A stretch of DNA of 51,495 bases from Nitrospinota bacterium (GTDB lineage Bacteria > UBA8248): NCBI GenBank assembly GCA_036231405.1, contig JAZAHK010000030.1:1-51495 (forward strand). The letters are read 5' to 3'. The stretch's first letter is position 1, and each line of letters opens with the position of its first letter. Of the stretch, positions 19,891-29,714 are shown piece after piece. The notes beneath the pieces were generated by a model. It had not been told where the DNA came from, did not search any database, and was given only the letters and a program-made list of their open reading frames with translations. A program made the translations under genes and the position numbers.

Positions 19891-22068
19891 TTAAAGAGTC
19901 CTAGCAATTTCTTCGATTGTATAAGGTTCAATAATATCACCAACTTTTATATCGTTAAAACTTTCTATTCCAACCCCACATTCGTATCCTTCTTTAACTT
20001 CATTGACATCATCCTTGAATCTCTTCAAAGATGATATATCACCAGAGTAAACGACAACACTGTCACGGATCAAACGCACTTTAAGGCCTCTTTTAATAGA
20101 ACCTTCTTTAACAAAACATCCTGCAATAACTCCTGCGCTAGGAATCCTGAATAGTTCCCTAACTTCTACATTGCCAACCTCCACCTCTTTTTTAACAGGC
20201 TCTAGAATACCGCTCATCGCAGATTTCACTTCCTCAATTACATCATAGATAACTGAATATAGTCGAATATCGATGTTCTCTTTCTTAGCAGCATCTCTAG
20301 CACCCGAAGTAGGTCTAACATTAAAACCAACTACGACTGAACTAGAAGCAGAAGCGAGCATTACATCAGTTTCTGAGATACCTCCCACAGATTCATGAAC
20401 AACTCTTACAGAAACTTCTTCATTTCCTAACTTTGCCAAGCTTTCACGTAAAGCTTCAATGCTACCTTGTGCATCTGCCTTCAAAATTAGATTCAGTTCC
20501 TTTATTTCTCCCTCACTTACAACATTCATAAAATTCTCAAGATTAACATTTTTAACATTCATTAAATTTGTCACCCTCACTCGCTGAGACCTTCTCGAAC
20601 TAATTTCTCTTGCAGTCCTTTCATCTTCAACAACGTTTAACGCGTCGCCGGCTTCTGGCACTCCAGAAAAACCCAAAATTTCTACAGGGGTCGAGGGACC
20701 TACTTGTGCACATTTTTTACCTTTATCGTCAAACAAAGCACGAACCTTCCCGTTCCATTTACCTGAAACAAAATGATCTCCAACGTTTAATTTTCCTCTT
20801 TGCACTAAAACTGTAGCAACTGGACCTCTTCCTTTATCGAGTTTTGCCTCGACAACAATTCCAGACGCGAAACATTCTGCATTAGCTTTCAATTCCAGCA
20901 TTTCCGCCTGAAGAATTGCCAAGTCAAGCAAATCCTCTATCCCAGTCCCATCTTTAGCAGAAACAGGACAGAAAACAGTATCTCCTCCCCAGTCTTCAGG
21001 GATCAGATTTAGTTCTGCTAATTGCTGTTTAATCCGATCAGGATTAGCGTCAGGCAAATCCATTTTATTTATTGCTACCATAATAGCCACACCTGCATCT
21101 TTAGCATGAGAAACAGCCTCTCTAGTCTGTGGCATCACCCCCTCATTAGCAGCAACTACAAGTACGACTAAATCCGTGATCTGAGATCCTCTTGCCCTCA
21201 TAGCAGCAAATGCTTCATGGCCTGGAGTATCAATAAATACTGCCGTCCCTTTTTCGGTTGCAACACGGTATGCTCCTATATGTTGAGTAATACCTCCCGC
21301 TTCATTGTCCATCACGTTTGCATTTCTGATTGAATCTAGAAGTCTAGTCTTTCCATGATCAACGTGTCCCATAACTGTAATCACAGGAGCACGATCTATC
21401 ATATCTTCTGGGTTGTCATCATTTTGATCTAGAGATTCCTCAAGAAGATCTTTACTCAGTTCAACTTCACATTGAAAAAATTCACAGACAGTAGAGGCAG
21501 TTTTAAAGTTAATCGACTGATTGACCGTAGCCATCTCTCCTTTAGACATCAGATATTTTATAATTCCAATACTATTTACTTTTAATTTTTCTCCAAGTTC
21601 ACTTACAGTTATCACTTCTCCTAATTTTATTTTATTAACTGGAGAAGAAGCAGATACAACACCTAATCCTTCCTCTTCCTCTACCAGAAAATTTTCATCA
21701 TTTGATGAAAATTCTTCTTCCTCTACGGTTTGAATTTGTTCATCTTTTAAATCTGATTTCACTTTATCATGAACGTTTTCTGTCGGTTTTTCTGTAATTA
21801 CCTTTTCGGAGGACTCTGTCTTTTTGGAGGTCTCCGTCTTTTTAAGAGTCTCTTTCTTTTTGGGGGTCTCTGCCTTTTTAGAAGATTTTTTTGGAGGAGA
21901 GGGTTTTTGTTCAATCTTAAAAAGAGTCATGATCAGTTCTACTGTTTCATCATCAACAGTACTCATATGGCTCTTTACCTTAATACCTTCTTTTTCTAAT
22001 TCTTTAACAAAAAGCTTACTCTCAAATCCCAACTCTTTTGCTAAAGTATAGACCCTTGTATTTGGCAT
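19891..22068 (-). CDS. infB: Translation initiation factor IF-2
   Basis: [10 protein letters not shown]-domain, [37 protein letters not shown]. Confidence 0.98.
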   Translation of the reverse strand: MPNTRVYTLAKELGFESKLFVKELEKEGIKVKSHMSTVDDETVELIMTLFKIEQKPSPPKKSSKKAETPKKKETLKKTETSKKTESSEKVITEKPTENVHDKVKSDLKDEQIQTVEEEEFSSNDENFLVEEEEGLGVVSASSPVNKIKLGEVITVSELGEKLKVNSIGIIKYLMSKGEMATVNQSINFKTASTVCEFFQCEVELSKDLLEESLDQNDDNPEDMIDRAPVITVMGHVDHGKTRLLDSIRNANVMDNEAGGITQHIGAYRVATEKGTAVFIDTPGHEAFAAMRARGSQITDLVVLVVAANEGVMPQTREAVSHAKDAGVAIMVAINKMDLPDANPDRIKQQLAELNLIPEDWGGDTVFCPVSAKDGTGIEDLLDLAILQAEMLELKANAECFASGIVVEAKLDKGRGPVATVLVQRGKLNVGDHFVSGKWNGKVRALFDDKGKKCAQVGPSTPVEILGFSGVPEAGDALNVVEDERTAREISSRRSQRVRVTNLMNVKNVNLENFMNVVSEGEIKELNLILKADAQGSIEALRESLAKLGNEEVSVRVVHESVGGISETDVMLASASSSVVVGFNVRPTSGARDAAKKENIDIRLYSVIYDVIEEVKSAMSGILEPVKKEVEVGNVEVRELFRIPSAGVIAGCFVKEGSIKRGLKVRLIRDSVVVYSGDISSLKRFKDDVNEVKEGYECGVGIESFNDIKVGDIIEPYTIEEIARTL
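21808..21879 (-). repeat. Degenerate 18-bp tandem repeat x4 inside infB
   Basis: Minus-strand units AAAAAGGCAGAGACCCCC / AAAAAGAAAGAGACTCTT / AAAAAGACGGAGACCTCC / AAAAAGACAGAGTCCTCC encoding [24 protein letters not shown]. Confidence 0.85.
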
Positions 22069-22168
22069 GCATCACCTTATTATTGAAATAGAAACAAAAG
22101 CTTGTAAATAATAAATATATCAAAATTTTCTGCATTATTTAAAACAATTCATAAAATTGTTATCACCT

Positions 22169-23467
22169 CTAGGAATCTTTTGCCAAAAATTCTTTAGCCG
22201 ATTCTATAAGCAAATTTGCTCTTGTCGGACCTATGCCAGGAACTTCGCAAAGATTTTCGTTTGTAGAAGAGGCAACAGATTTAATATCACTAAAACCATT
22301 ATTGATAAGCAAGTCAGCCATTTTATCGCCTATTAGATCTAACTTTAACAATTCACTACCAGACGAATCCTCTGTTTCATTACCCTTGCTTTTATCTCCT
22401 GAAAACGTTTGTTCCGCTATTTGTCTCCTATATTCTCCTTCCGCTTTCATATCAATCTTCCAGCCTAAAAGACGTGAAGCTAATCTTACATTCTGTCCTG
22501 ATTTCCCTATCGCAATAGATAATTGATCATCTGGTACAAGGATTTCCATTCTCTTTTCATTGTCATAAAGCTCAATATGTTGTACTTTCGCTGGGTTCAG
22601 TGCATTTTCAGCGTACGTTCTAAGATCATCATTCCATAGGACTATATCAATTCTCTCTCCACGCAACTCCTGCACAATATTTTGAACCCTACTACCTCTT
22701 GGTCCTACACATGCACCCACTGCATCAACATCTCTATCACGGCTCACAACTGCAATTTTTGTACGTCCACTTGCTTCCCTGACGCATTCTTTCACTTCTA
22801 CAATTCCGTCATATATTTCAGGAACCTCCATTTCAAAAAGTCTTACAACTAGTCCTGAATGGGTCCTACTTAAAACTACCTGAGGCCCCTGAGGGCCTTT
22901 AGTAAACTCCCTTACTTCTAGAATATAACATCTAATTCTATCGTTTCTTTTGTATACTTCTTTAAAGATCTGTTCTCTTCTTGGAAGTATTGCTTCTGTT
23001 CGACCAAGATCAACATATATATTTCCTTTGTCTACTTGTGACACAGAGCCTGTGATCAATTCACCAACTCTTCCTATAAATTCACTATAAACCTTTGATC
23101 TTTCGGCATCCCTTATCCTTTGTGAGATAACTTGTTTTGCAGTTGAAGCAGCGATACGGCCTAACCCTTCCACCTGCAAATCCATAATTAAATAATCACC
23201 CAAAGCAATACTCTCTTTCTGAAGCAGTGCATCTTCGAGCAATATCTCCAGTTCTGGATCCTCCATTTTAGAAACAACCATTTTTCTTGCCTGCAATTTA
23301 ATTTCTCCTGTCACATCATCAAAATCTGCCTCAACATTATCCCCTAATTTAAATTGTTTTCTAGAAGCAGAAATTACTGCCGCTTTCATGGCCTCCATCA
23401 ATACATCTCTGGGAATACCCTTTTCACGCTCAAGTTCAGACAGAACACTTAAAATCTCTTTACTCAC
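22169..23467 (-). CDS. nusA: Transcription termination/antitermination factor NusA
   Basis: EREKGI, GRIAASTAKQ, FEMEVPEI, GACVGPRGSRV, AIGKSGQNVRLA, C-terminal HhH; GTG start after AAGGGG. Confidence 0.97.
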   Translation of the reverse strand: MSKEILSVLSELEREKGIPRDVLMEAMKAAVISASRKQFKLGDNVEADFDDVTGEIKLQARKMVVSKMEDPELEILLEDALLQKESIALGDYLIMDLQVEGLGRIAASTAKQVISQRIRDAERSKVYSEFIGRVGELITGSVSQVDKGNIYVDLGRTEAILPRREQIFKEVYKRNDRIRCYILEVREFTKGPQGPQVVLSRTHSGLVVRLFEMEVPEIYDGIVEVKECVREASGRTKIAVVSRDRDVDAVGACVGPRGSRVQNIVQELRGERIDIVLWNDDLRTYAENALNPAKVQHIELYDNEKRMEILVPDDQLSIAIGKSGQNVRLASRLLGWKIDMKAEGEYRRQIAEQTFSGDKSKGNETEDSSGSELLKLDLIGDKMADLLINNGFSDIKSVASSTNENLCEVPGIGPTRANLLIESAKEFLAKDS

Positions 23468-23494
23468 GAAAAACCCCTTTGCATTAAAAATCTA

Positions 23495-23989
23495 TCAGTA
23501 CAGTTCAGAACCTTTCTCTAGTTCTACTTCCCAATCAATTTCTAGCTTTGCCTTTAGAATATCTCGAAAAAGAAATCGAGATATTGAATTGTCCTTTAAT
23601 TCTATTTCAATTTCTTCATCCTCTACTTGTTTAATTGTCCCGACAAGATTTCTTTTGCCTGTTTTCTCTAGATAAGAATCCGACATTTTCAAACGAACTA
23701 TCTTTCCTTGAAAATGAACAAAATCAGCAAGTTTTTTTAAAGGTCTATCAATACCAGGACTGGAAACCTCTAACTGATAATTGTCAGATGCTAATCCATT
23801 TTTCTCAATTTCTTCTTCCAAAAATCTGCTTATTTTTTCACAATCTTTTAATGTTACTCCACCACGATTGTCTACAAATATTTTCAAAAGATCTCTATCG
23901 CGCGAAACAGAATGATGCAGTTCTACAAGATAAAAACCTTGTTTTGTTACCAAATCTTCAATTAATAACGATAAGTCGTTTTTGATCAT
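23495..23989 (-). CDS. rimP: Ribosome maturation factor RimP
   Basis: GVTLKDCEKISR, YQLEVSSPGIDRPL; start set at ATG 23989, downstream of the leader hairpin. Confidence 0.93.
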   Translation of the reverse strand: MIKNDLSLLIEDLVTKQGFYLVELHHSVSRDRDLLKIFVDNRGGVTLKDCEKISRFLEEEIEKNGLASDNYQLEVSSPGIDRPLKKLADFVHFQGKIVRLKMSDSYLEKTGKRNLVGTIKQVEDEEIEIELKDNSISRFLFRDILKAKLEIDWEVELEKGSELY

Positions 23990-24012
23990 CTTCAAACTAT
24001 AAAAATTAGAAT

Positions 24013-24040
24013 AAAAAAAAGGGACCCTTGCCGGACCCTT
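24013..24040 (-). terminator. rimP leader: weak hairpin plus U8 attenuator
   Basis: Minus strand AAGGGUCCGGCAAGGGUCCC followed by UUUUUUUU, between the promoter and rimP. Confidence 0.7.
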
Positions 24041-24064
24041 AAACAGTTTCATTCAAGTTAAGTA

Positions 24065-24093
24065 AATCTATTCCCATTCTCGAAAAAGTGCAA
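24065..24093 (-). promoter_or_regulatory. Sigma70-type promoter of the rimP-nusA-infB operon
   Basis: TTGCAC (24093-24088), 17 bp spacer, TAGATT (24070-24065). Confidence 0.6.
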
Positions 24094-24142
24094 GTCTTAT
24101 TTTTAGTTTCAAATTTTCTATTCTTACTCACAAGGAGAAAAC

Positions 24143-24171
24143 TTGCTCGAGCGTTTCTGAAATGATAGCAT
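24143..24171 (+). promoter_or_regulatory. Sigma70-type promoter of the E1/E2 dehydrogenase cluster
   Basis: TTGCTC, 17 bp spacer, TAGCAT with TGn extended -10. Confidence 0.5.
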
Positions 24172-24252
24172 GTAGAACTATTTCATAAAGAAAGTAGATA
24201 TACCTTCTAAGTAAATATCCGCGAATTTCTTAACGAATAAAAGTGGAACTAA

Positions 24253-25224
24253 ATGCCAACAATAACCAAGAAAAATGCACTATGGATTTTCAAAACCATG
24301 CTCCGCATTCGCCGTTTTGAAGAATCTTCTATAGATCTCTTTACCAAAGGAGAATTGCCTGGATTTTTACATGCCTATATCGGAGAAGAGGCAGTAGCAT
24401 CAGGGATTTGTGTACACTTAACTCCTCGAGACCAAATTACTTCCACACACAGAGGACATGGCCATATGATTGCAAAGGGCCTCCATTACAAAGGAATGTT
24501 CTCAGAACTATATGCAAAACAAACTGGGTACTGTAAGGGCAAAGGCGGTTCCATGCATATCGCAGACCAGGAACTAGGAGTACTTGGGGCAAATGGAATA
24601 GTAGGTGGCGGTATCCCTATCGCTGCTGGAGCTGCGCTGGGACTGAAGCTTCAAAAAACAAAAGATGTGGTTGTCTGTTTTTTTGGTGATGGGGCAAGTA
24701 ATGAAGGTGCATTCCATGAGGGAATTAATCTTGCCTCTACATGGAAACTTCCTGTTGTTTTTGTATGTGAAAATAATGGTTTTGCTGAAAGCACCCCGCA
24801 AAAAAACCACCAATCCGTTTCAGACATTGCCGACAGGGCCACATCCTACAACATTCCTGGCATTGTCGCAGATGGCATGGATCCTCTGTCGATGTATGAA
24901 ATTGCAGGAGAAGCCATCAAAAGAGCTAGAAGCGGAAAAGGCCCTACCCTTATCGAAGCAAAAACGATGCGCTTCCTCGGACATTACGTAGGAGATCCTG
25001 GTACAGCGTATGGCCATGACAAAGTCGTTGGGAAATGGAAAAAAATTGATCCTATTGTCACTTTTGAAGATTTTCTTAAACAGAAAAAATGGATCGCAGA
25101 TGACCATAAGGAAAAACTAGTTATTGACATCAACCAAGAGATCGATGAAGCCATTCTTTACGCAAAGGAAAGTCCAGAACCTGATTTAGAAGATGCATTG
25201 GAAGATGTTTATTCAGACTCCTAA
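24253..25224 (+). CDS. ThDP-dependent dehydrogenase E1 alpha (acetoin dehydrogenase AcoA / PdhA family)
   Basis: GFLHAYIGEEA, STHRGHGH, GKGGSMH, GDGASNEG...ENN, RFLGHYVGD. Confidence 0.92.
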   Translation: MPTITKKNALWIFKTMLRIRRFEESSIDLFTKGELPGFLHAYIGEEAVASGICVHLTPRDQITSTHRGHGHMIAKGLHYKGMFSELYAKQTGYCKGKGGSMHIADQELGVLGANGIVGGGIPIAAGAALGLKLQKTKDVVVCFFGDGASNEGAFHEGINLASTWKLPVVFVCENNGFAESTPQKNHQSVSDIADRATSYNIPGIVADGMDPLSMYEIAGEAIKRARSGKGPTLIEAKTMRFLGHYVGDPGTAYGHDKVVGKWKKIDPIVTFEDFLKQKKWIADDHKEKLVIDINQEIDEAILYAKESPEPDLEDALEDVYSDS

Positions 25225-25236
25225 GATAAAGAGATC

Positions 25237-26214
25237 ATGAGAGAAATACTTTACAGAGATGCCATCGTAGAAGCACTCGATGAAGAAATGAAAAGAGACA
25301 AATCGGTTTTTCTTCTAGGGGAAGATATCGCCGAGTTTGGGGGATCCTACAAAACCACCGCAGGACTCTTTAAAAAATACGGTAAAGAAAGAGTACGGAA
25401 TACTCCTATCTCTGAACAAGGAATTGTAGGAGCTACTCTGGGAGCGGCCCTAGTTGGCATGAAACCGGTTGCAGAACTTATGTATATTGATTTCACTGCT
25501 GTGGCTATGGACCAAATTGTAAATCAGGTAGCAAAAGTGCGTTACATGTTTGGAGGGAAAGCAAAAACATCTCTCGTGATTCGAACTCAGGGAGGTGCAG
25601 GAAGAAGTTCAGCTGCCCAGCACGCACAAAGCTTAGAATCTTGGTTTGTACATATCCCTGGGCTAAAAGTAGTGATGCCCTCTTGCTCTTATGATGCAAA
25701 AGGTCTTCTCAAAAGTTCAATACGAGATCCAGACCCTGTCCTATTTATCGAACATAAACTCTTATATCTGGAGAAAAACCCGGCGCCTAAAAAAGAATAT
25801 CTTGTTCCTATCGGCGTAGCAGAAGTAAAAAGAGAAGGTACGGACATTACAGTGGTTGCCACCTCCTCTATGGTAAAAAAATCATTAGACGCAGCCGAAG
25901 AACTTGAGGAAATAGGAATTTCAGTAGAAGTAATTGATCCCAAGACCCTTTTTCCACTAGATAAAGAAACGATTCTTACCTCTGTCCGGAAAACGAACCG
26001 TCTTCTCATTACACACGAAGCTGTAGAGAGATGCGGATGGGGAGCAGAAATTGCTGCCATAGCCTCCAAAGAAGCTTTTGATTATTTAGACGCACCGATA
26101 GAGAGAGTTGCTGCAAAAGAAACTCCGGTGCCCTTTTCGCCGAAGCTAGAAAATTTTATAATACCGAATAAAGATGATGTGATTGAAGGTGTAAAAAGAA
26201 CCGTCCTTGGATAA
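25237..26214 (+). CDS. 2-oxoacid/acetoin dehydrogenase E1 beta
   Basis: LLGEDI, RNTPISE, DQIVNQVAK, AAQHAQS, FIEHK, LDAPIERV. Confidence 0.93.
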   Translation: MREILYRDAIVEALDEEMKRDKSVFLLGEDIAEFGGSYKTTAGLFKKYGKERVRNTPISEQGIVGATLGAALVGMKPVAELMYIDFTAVAMDQIVNQVAKVRYMFGGKAKTSLVIRTQGGAGRSSAAQHAQSLESWFVHIPGLKVVMPSCSYDAKGLLKSSIRDPDPVLFIEHKLLYLEKNPAPKKEYLVPIGVAEVKREGTDITVVATSSMVKKSLDAAEELEEIGISVEVIDPKTLFPLDKETILTSVRKTNRLLITHEAVERCGWGAEIAAIASKEAFDYLDAPIERVAAKETPVPFSPKLENFIIPNKDDVIEGVKRTVLG

Positions 26215-26247
26215 GTTAAGAGTTTAACCTTGTAAAGGAACAAAACA

Positions 26248-27441
26248 ATGGCCACTCAAATGCCCATGCCGAAACTGGGTCTTACCATGGAAGAAGGTAC
26301 GATTATCGCATGGAGAAAAGAGGAAGGAGATCCAGTTAAAAAAGGAGAAATTCTTGTAGATATCCAAACAGACAAGGTCGAATACGAGGTAGAATCTCCC
26401 GACAACGGTATTCTTTTAAAAAAAATATTTGATTCTGATGCAGTGGTTCCTTGCGGGGAAAATATCGCGATTATCGGAGCTAAAGGGGAAAAAATTGATT
26501 CTGCCGCGCCTGCTCCAAAAACCAAAAAAACAAAAGAGCCTGCAAAAGAAGAAGTCAGTGCTAGTGATGAAACAAAATCAGTCGCACCAACTGGTGATAG
26601 AATTTTAGCGAGTCCTGCTGCAAAAAGGTTAGCAAAAGAGTTAGGGGTAGATTACACAACCGTTCAGGGAACAGGACCTAACGGAAGAATTATATTAAAA
26701 GATATTGAGAATGCTTCCAAACAACCTGCACCTGTCGCTGCCAAAGAAGTTTCCTATGGAACAGAACCTGTTTCTCCCATGAGAAAAGTGATTGCGGAAA
26801 GAATGTCTGAAAGCTGGTCCAATGTAGCTAGAATTACGCTGCAGTCTGAAGTAGATCTTACCAATCTTCTCGCGGTAAGGAATGCAAGCAGCCAGGCATG
26901 GGAAACAGATCTTGGCGTAAAAATTTCGATCAACGATCTAATTCTTTTCTATACCGCAAGAGCCATTCAAAAATGTCCTGCTGTAAACGTAAAGTTTATG
27001 GGAGACTCTGTGGAACGTGCTGAACAAATCAATATCGGGGTGGCCGTAGCTTTGGAAGATGGATTGATGGTCCCTGTCCTTAAAAATGCAGACCAAAAAA
27101 GTATCGATGCCATTTCCTCAGAAACCAATGCACTGGCAACCGCTGCCAGAAACAGATCTTTGGATCCAGATTCTCTGCAAGAGGGAACGTTTACTGTAAC
27201 CAACTTGGGAGCCTATGGAGTGGATCATTTTTCAGCAATTGTTAATTACCCAGAAAGCGCGATTTTGTCAGTCGGAGCTGCAAGAGAAAGAGCTGTAGTC
27301 AGAAACGGCAAAGTGGTTCCAAGGACCACCGCATTTTTTGGAATCAACTGTGACCACCGTATTATCGATGGAGCCCCCGCTGCAGAGTTTCTTAAAACTT
27401 TAAAAGAGATGCTCGAGCATCCAAAAGTAATGCCTTCATAA
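26248..27441 (+). CDS. Dihydrolipoamide acyltransferase E2
   Basis: MPKLGLTMEEG lipoyl domain with TDKV, E3-binding ASPAAKRLA...GTGPNGRI, catalytic DHRIIDG. Confidence 0.93.
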   Translation: MATQMPMPKLGLTMEEGTIIAWRKEEGDPVKKGEILVDIQTDKVEYEVESPDNGILLKKIFDSDAVVPCGENIAIIGAKGEKIDSAAPAPKTKKTKEPAKEEVSASDETKSVAPTGDRILASPAAKRLAKELGVDYTTVQGTGPNGRIILKDIENASKQPAPVAAKEVSYGTEPVSPMRKVIAERMSESWSNVARITLQSEVDLTNLLAVRNASSQAWETDLGVKISINDLILFYTARAIQKCPAVNVKFMGDSVERAEQINIGVAVALEDGLMVPVLKNADQKSIDAISSETNALATAARNRSLDPDSLQEGTFTVTNLGAYGVDHFSAIVNYPESAILSVGAARERAVVRNGKVVPRTTAFFGINCDHRIIDGAPAAEFLKTLKEMLEHPKVMPS

Positions 27442-27468
27442 ATCTGTTTTTAAAATTGCAAATACCTT

Positions 27469-28911
27469 CTAATTTATTCCTACAAATGCTAGTTTCTTTT
27501 CAATTCGGTCAAGTTGCTCCTTTATGGATTGCAGAAGTTTTCCTCCACCAACTGAAGAACGCGTGGCTATTTTTGTTATCTCTTTTATCTTCTTTAGCTG
27601 TTTCTTTGCTTCTTTTGACGCTTCTTTTATGTTCTGGTGTTTTAAATAGACCAATTTAGAATCCCTAGCGTAAGAAGCTCTATTGTCGCCAAGGACAACC
27701 TTCCCATCTACAAATCTGACATCTTTGACTTCAAATCTTCCGTCCACTTTCAAGGTATTCCCTCTAATCGTAAAAGGATATGTATTAAAGCTATGAAGCC
27801 AACCACCCTTTTTACTCTGATTGAATACATACTTGTAAGTCGTACCATTTGCAAACCATTGCCCTTCGATTAAATTCACCAAGGGTGTAATATTCATTTC
27901 ACTGACTCTTACATGCGTAATATCTGCATGAGAATAAGATTTTATTTTCTCATTTTCAGGTCGCCTGTACTGGTCAGTTGACCCGTCCTTTTTAAGAAGA
28001 ATAAGATAAGGACCTTCAATACGTGCATTGAGATAATTGTTATATCCCATTTTAAGTCCACCTGTTTTTGGCGAAAACTCCCATGTTCTTGAAGTATAAT
28101 AATTTTTTTTATTAGTTTTGGGATAAATGTTTGTAACGAAAGAAACACCACTTAAATCACCAAATGTAGGGCGAAATTGGTAAGAATTTAGATAACTCCA
28201 ACTTGGCTGAATCCATCTTCCGCTCGTAAATTTTTTAATAAATGATAGTTTCTCTTTTTTAAGATCCGTCGACGTATGAACTACGGATTTTTTCCCTTTC
28301 GTGAGTACAGAAACCCTATTAGAAGAACTTAAAAGTAGAAGGTGTTTTCCAGCAATTCTGGCATTTGGATAAACAGTACCTCTTATTTTGATAACCCCAT
28401 TTGCAAAAGACCACGTACCTAAAGAGGAAAACTTTTTTTTCTTGTACCTTGAAATGATTCCTGTCGTAGAAGAAAATCCTCTTTTATACTGATACAGTTC
28501 CTGAGAGATTTCATTTTCCCAATCATATCCAACCAATGTATCAAGAAACATCTGTGTATTTTTTTTCAGTTCTATGATTTTTGTAGCACCTTGTTTCTTT
28601 TTTGAAACTTGCTTTGAGAAAATAGACTTATCTAACACAAGGGTATCTTTTTTAATTATGTTATAATTTTTTGAATAATATCCAATCTTCAGTTTCCCTG
28701 AAACAACACTCCATTCCCTTACATTCTGAAGTTTGCCTTTTTTATAGATCAGGACAATTCCTTTATTTGCAGCAAACCCATCCATAAAGTCATATCTTTC
28801 TTTCCCATCCTCGCTTTTCCAATTTCCTATTAAATTGGTATCGGCATGCAAGAAAGATACTGAAGTCAAAACAAAGGAACAAAAGACTAGAAACAAGAAT
28901 ATTTTTTTCAT
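27469..28911 (-). CDS. Secreted hypothetical protein with four internal GxW repeats
   Basis: 480 aa, GGAGGAG SD, signal peptide MKKIFLFL...LHA, repeated LxGxW...Y.F...G...W...G.LKIG units, helical C-terminus. Confidence 0.8.
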   Translation of the reverse strand: MKKIFLFLVFCSFVLTSVSFLHADTNLIGNWKSEDGKERYDFMDGFAANKGIVLIYKKGKLQNVREWSVVSGKLKIGYYSKNYNIIKKDTLVLDKSIFSKQVSKKKQGATKIIELKKNTQMFLDTLVGYDWENEISQELYQYKRGFSSTTGIISRYKKKKFSSLGTWSFANGVIKIRGTVYPNARIAGKHLLLLSSSNRVSVLTKGKKSVVHTSTDLKKEKLSFIKKFTSGRWIQPSWSYLNSYQFRPTFGDLSGVSFVTNIYPKTNKKNYYTSRTWEFSPKTGGLKMGYNNYLNARIEGPYLILLKKDGSTDQYRRPENEKIKSYSHADITHVRVSEMNITPLVNLIEGQWFANGTTYKYVFNQSKKGGWLHSFNTYPFTIRGNTLKVDGRFEVKDVRFVDGKVVLGDNRASYARDSKLVYLKHQNIKEASKEAKKQLKKIKEITKIATRSSVGGGKLLQSIKEQLDRIEKKLAFVGIN

Positions 28912-28932
28912 TTCTCCTCCAAAAAAGGAATA

Positions 28933-29664
28933 TTATTTACTATGTTTTCTAAAAAAACGAACTGTTCTTTTCAGCGCATCTTTGTCTGTTTTTTCGTCGT
29001 ATTCATATTTCCTGCTTCCTTTTGCATCCCATGCATGATCTATATTTTCATATACATGAATCACTAGTTTCCCTCCCCGGTCTTTGATATCTGACCAGGC
29101 ATCGTGCGCAAATTCGATCTTTTGGGTGGAATCGGTATCCCCGTGCAAAGCAAGAAGCGGAGTGCTCTTTTTGCTAAAATATTCCATGGGAAATTCATTT
29201 GTCATGTCCGGTCCAAAATTGGCTTTCCAAACCCCGTAGTGAGATGCTCCTGCATTCACCACACCTTTTCCTGCAAGAAAACAAGCCCAAAATCCTCCAT
29301 TAGAAAAACCAGCAGCAAAGATATTCTTTTTGTCTATTTTTGGATCTTTCTTCATAATAGAAACAATCTCCAAAAGCTCTTTCTCAATGGGTTCCCTGTA
29401 ATCGTCAAACGTTTCCATGCGGTTTGAACTGGAGATATCGTGTTTTTTAAAAAAATCAGGAGCATACACAGCAAACCCATTTTTAATATATTTTGGAATT
29501 TGTTTTCGGACCGTTTTGAATCCACCACTTGTGTGCAAAAGAATTACTGCAGGAAATTTCTTATCTCCCGGTGGATACTTCACCTTGTGATAAATGGGTT
29601 CTGCAGACAATAAGAAAAGTGGAACAAAAAAACAAATCACAAAGAATATTGAGGTTGTCTTCAA
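28933..29664 (-). CDS. Exported alpha/beta hydrolase, dienelactone hydrolase family
   Basis: Signal peptide, PAVILLH, GFSNGG (Ser nucleophile), HGDTD, HAWD triad; TTG after GGAGG. Confidence 0.85.
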   Translation of the reverse strand: MKTTSIFFVICFFVPLFLLSAEPIYHKVKYPPGDKKFPAVILLHTSGGFKTVRKQIPKYIKNGFAVYAPDFFKKHDISSSNRMETFDDYREPIEKELLEIVSIMKKDPKIDKKNIFAAGFSNGGFWACFLAGKGVVNAGASHYGVWKANFGPDMTNEFPMEYFSKKSTPLLALHGDTDSTQKIEFAHDAWSDIKDRGGKLVIHVYENIDHAWDAKGSRKYEYDEKTDKDALKRTVRFFRKHSK

Positions 29665-29714
29665 CTAAACCTCCTTCTGTTTTATTAAAAAAGAATATCG
29701 AAATCTCACTTTAC

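Noticed and set aside
22135..22168. SD-like AGGTGA plus mini-ORF MNCFK in the nusA-infB gap, a possible ylxR relic
   Set aside because: Five codons with no recognisable similarity; AT-rich chance sequence is sufficient explanation.
23990..24052. N-terminal extension of RimP (MKLFKGPARVPFF...)
   Set aside because: It is the translated leader hairpin and U tract, starting only a few bases after the predicted transcription start.
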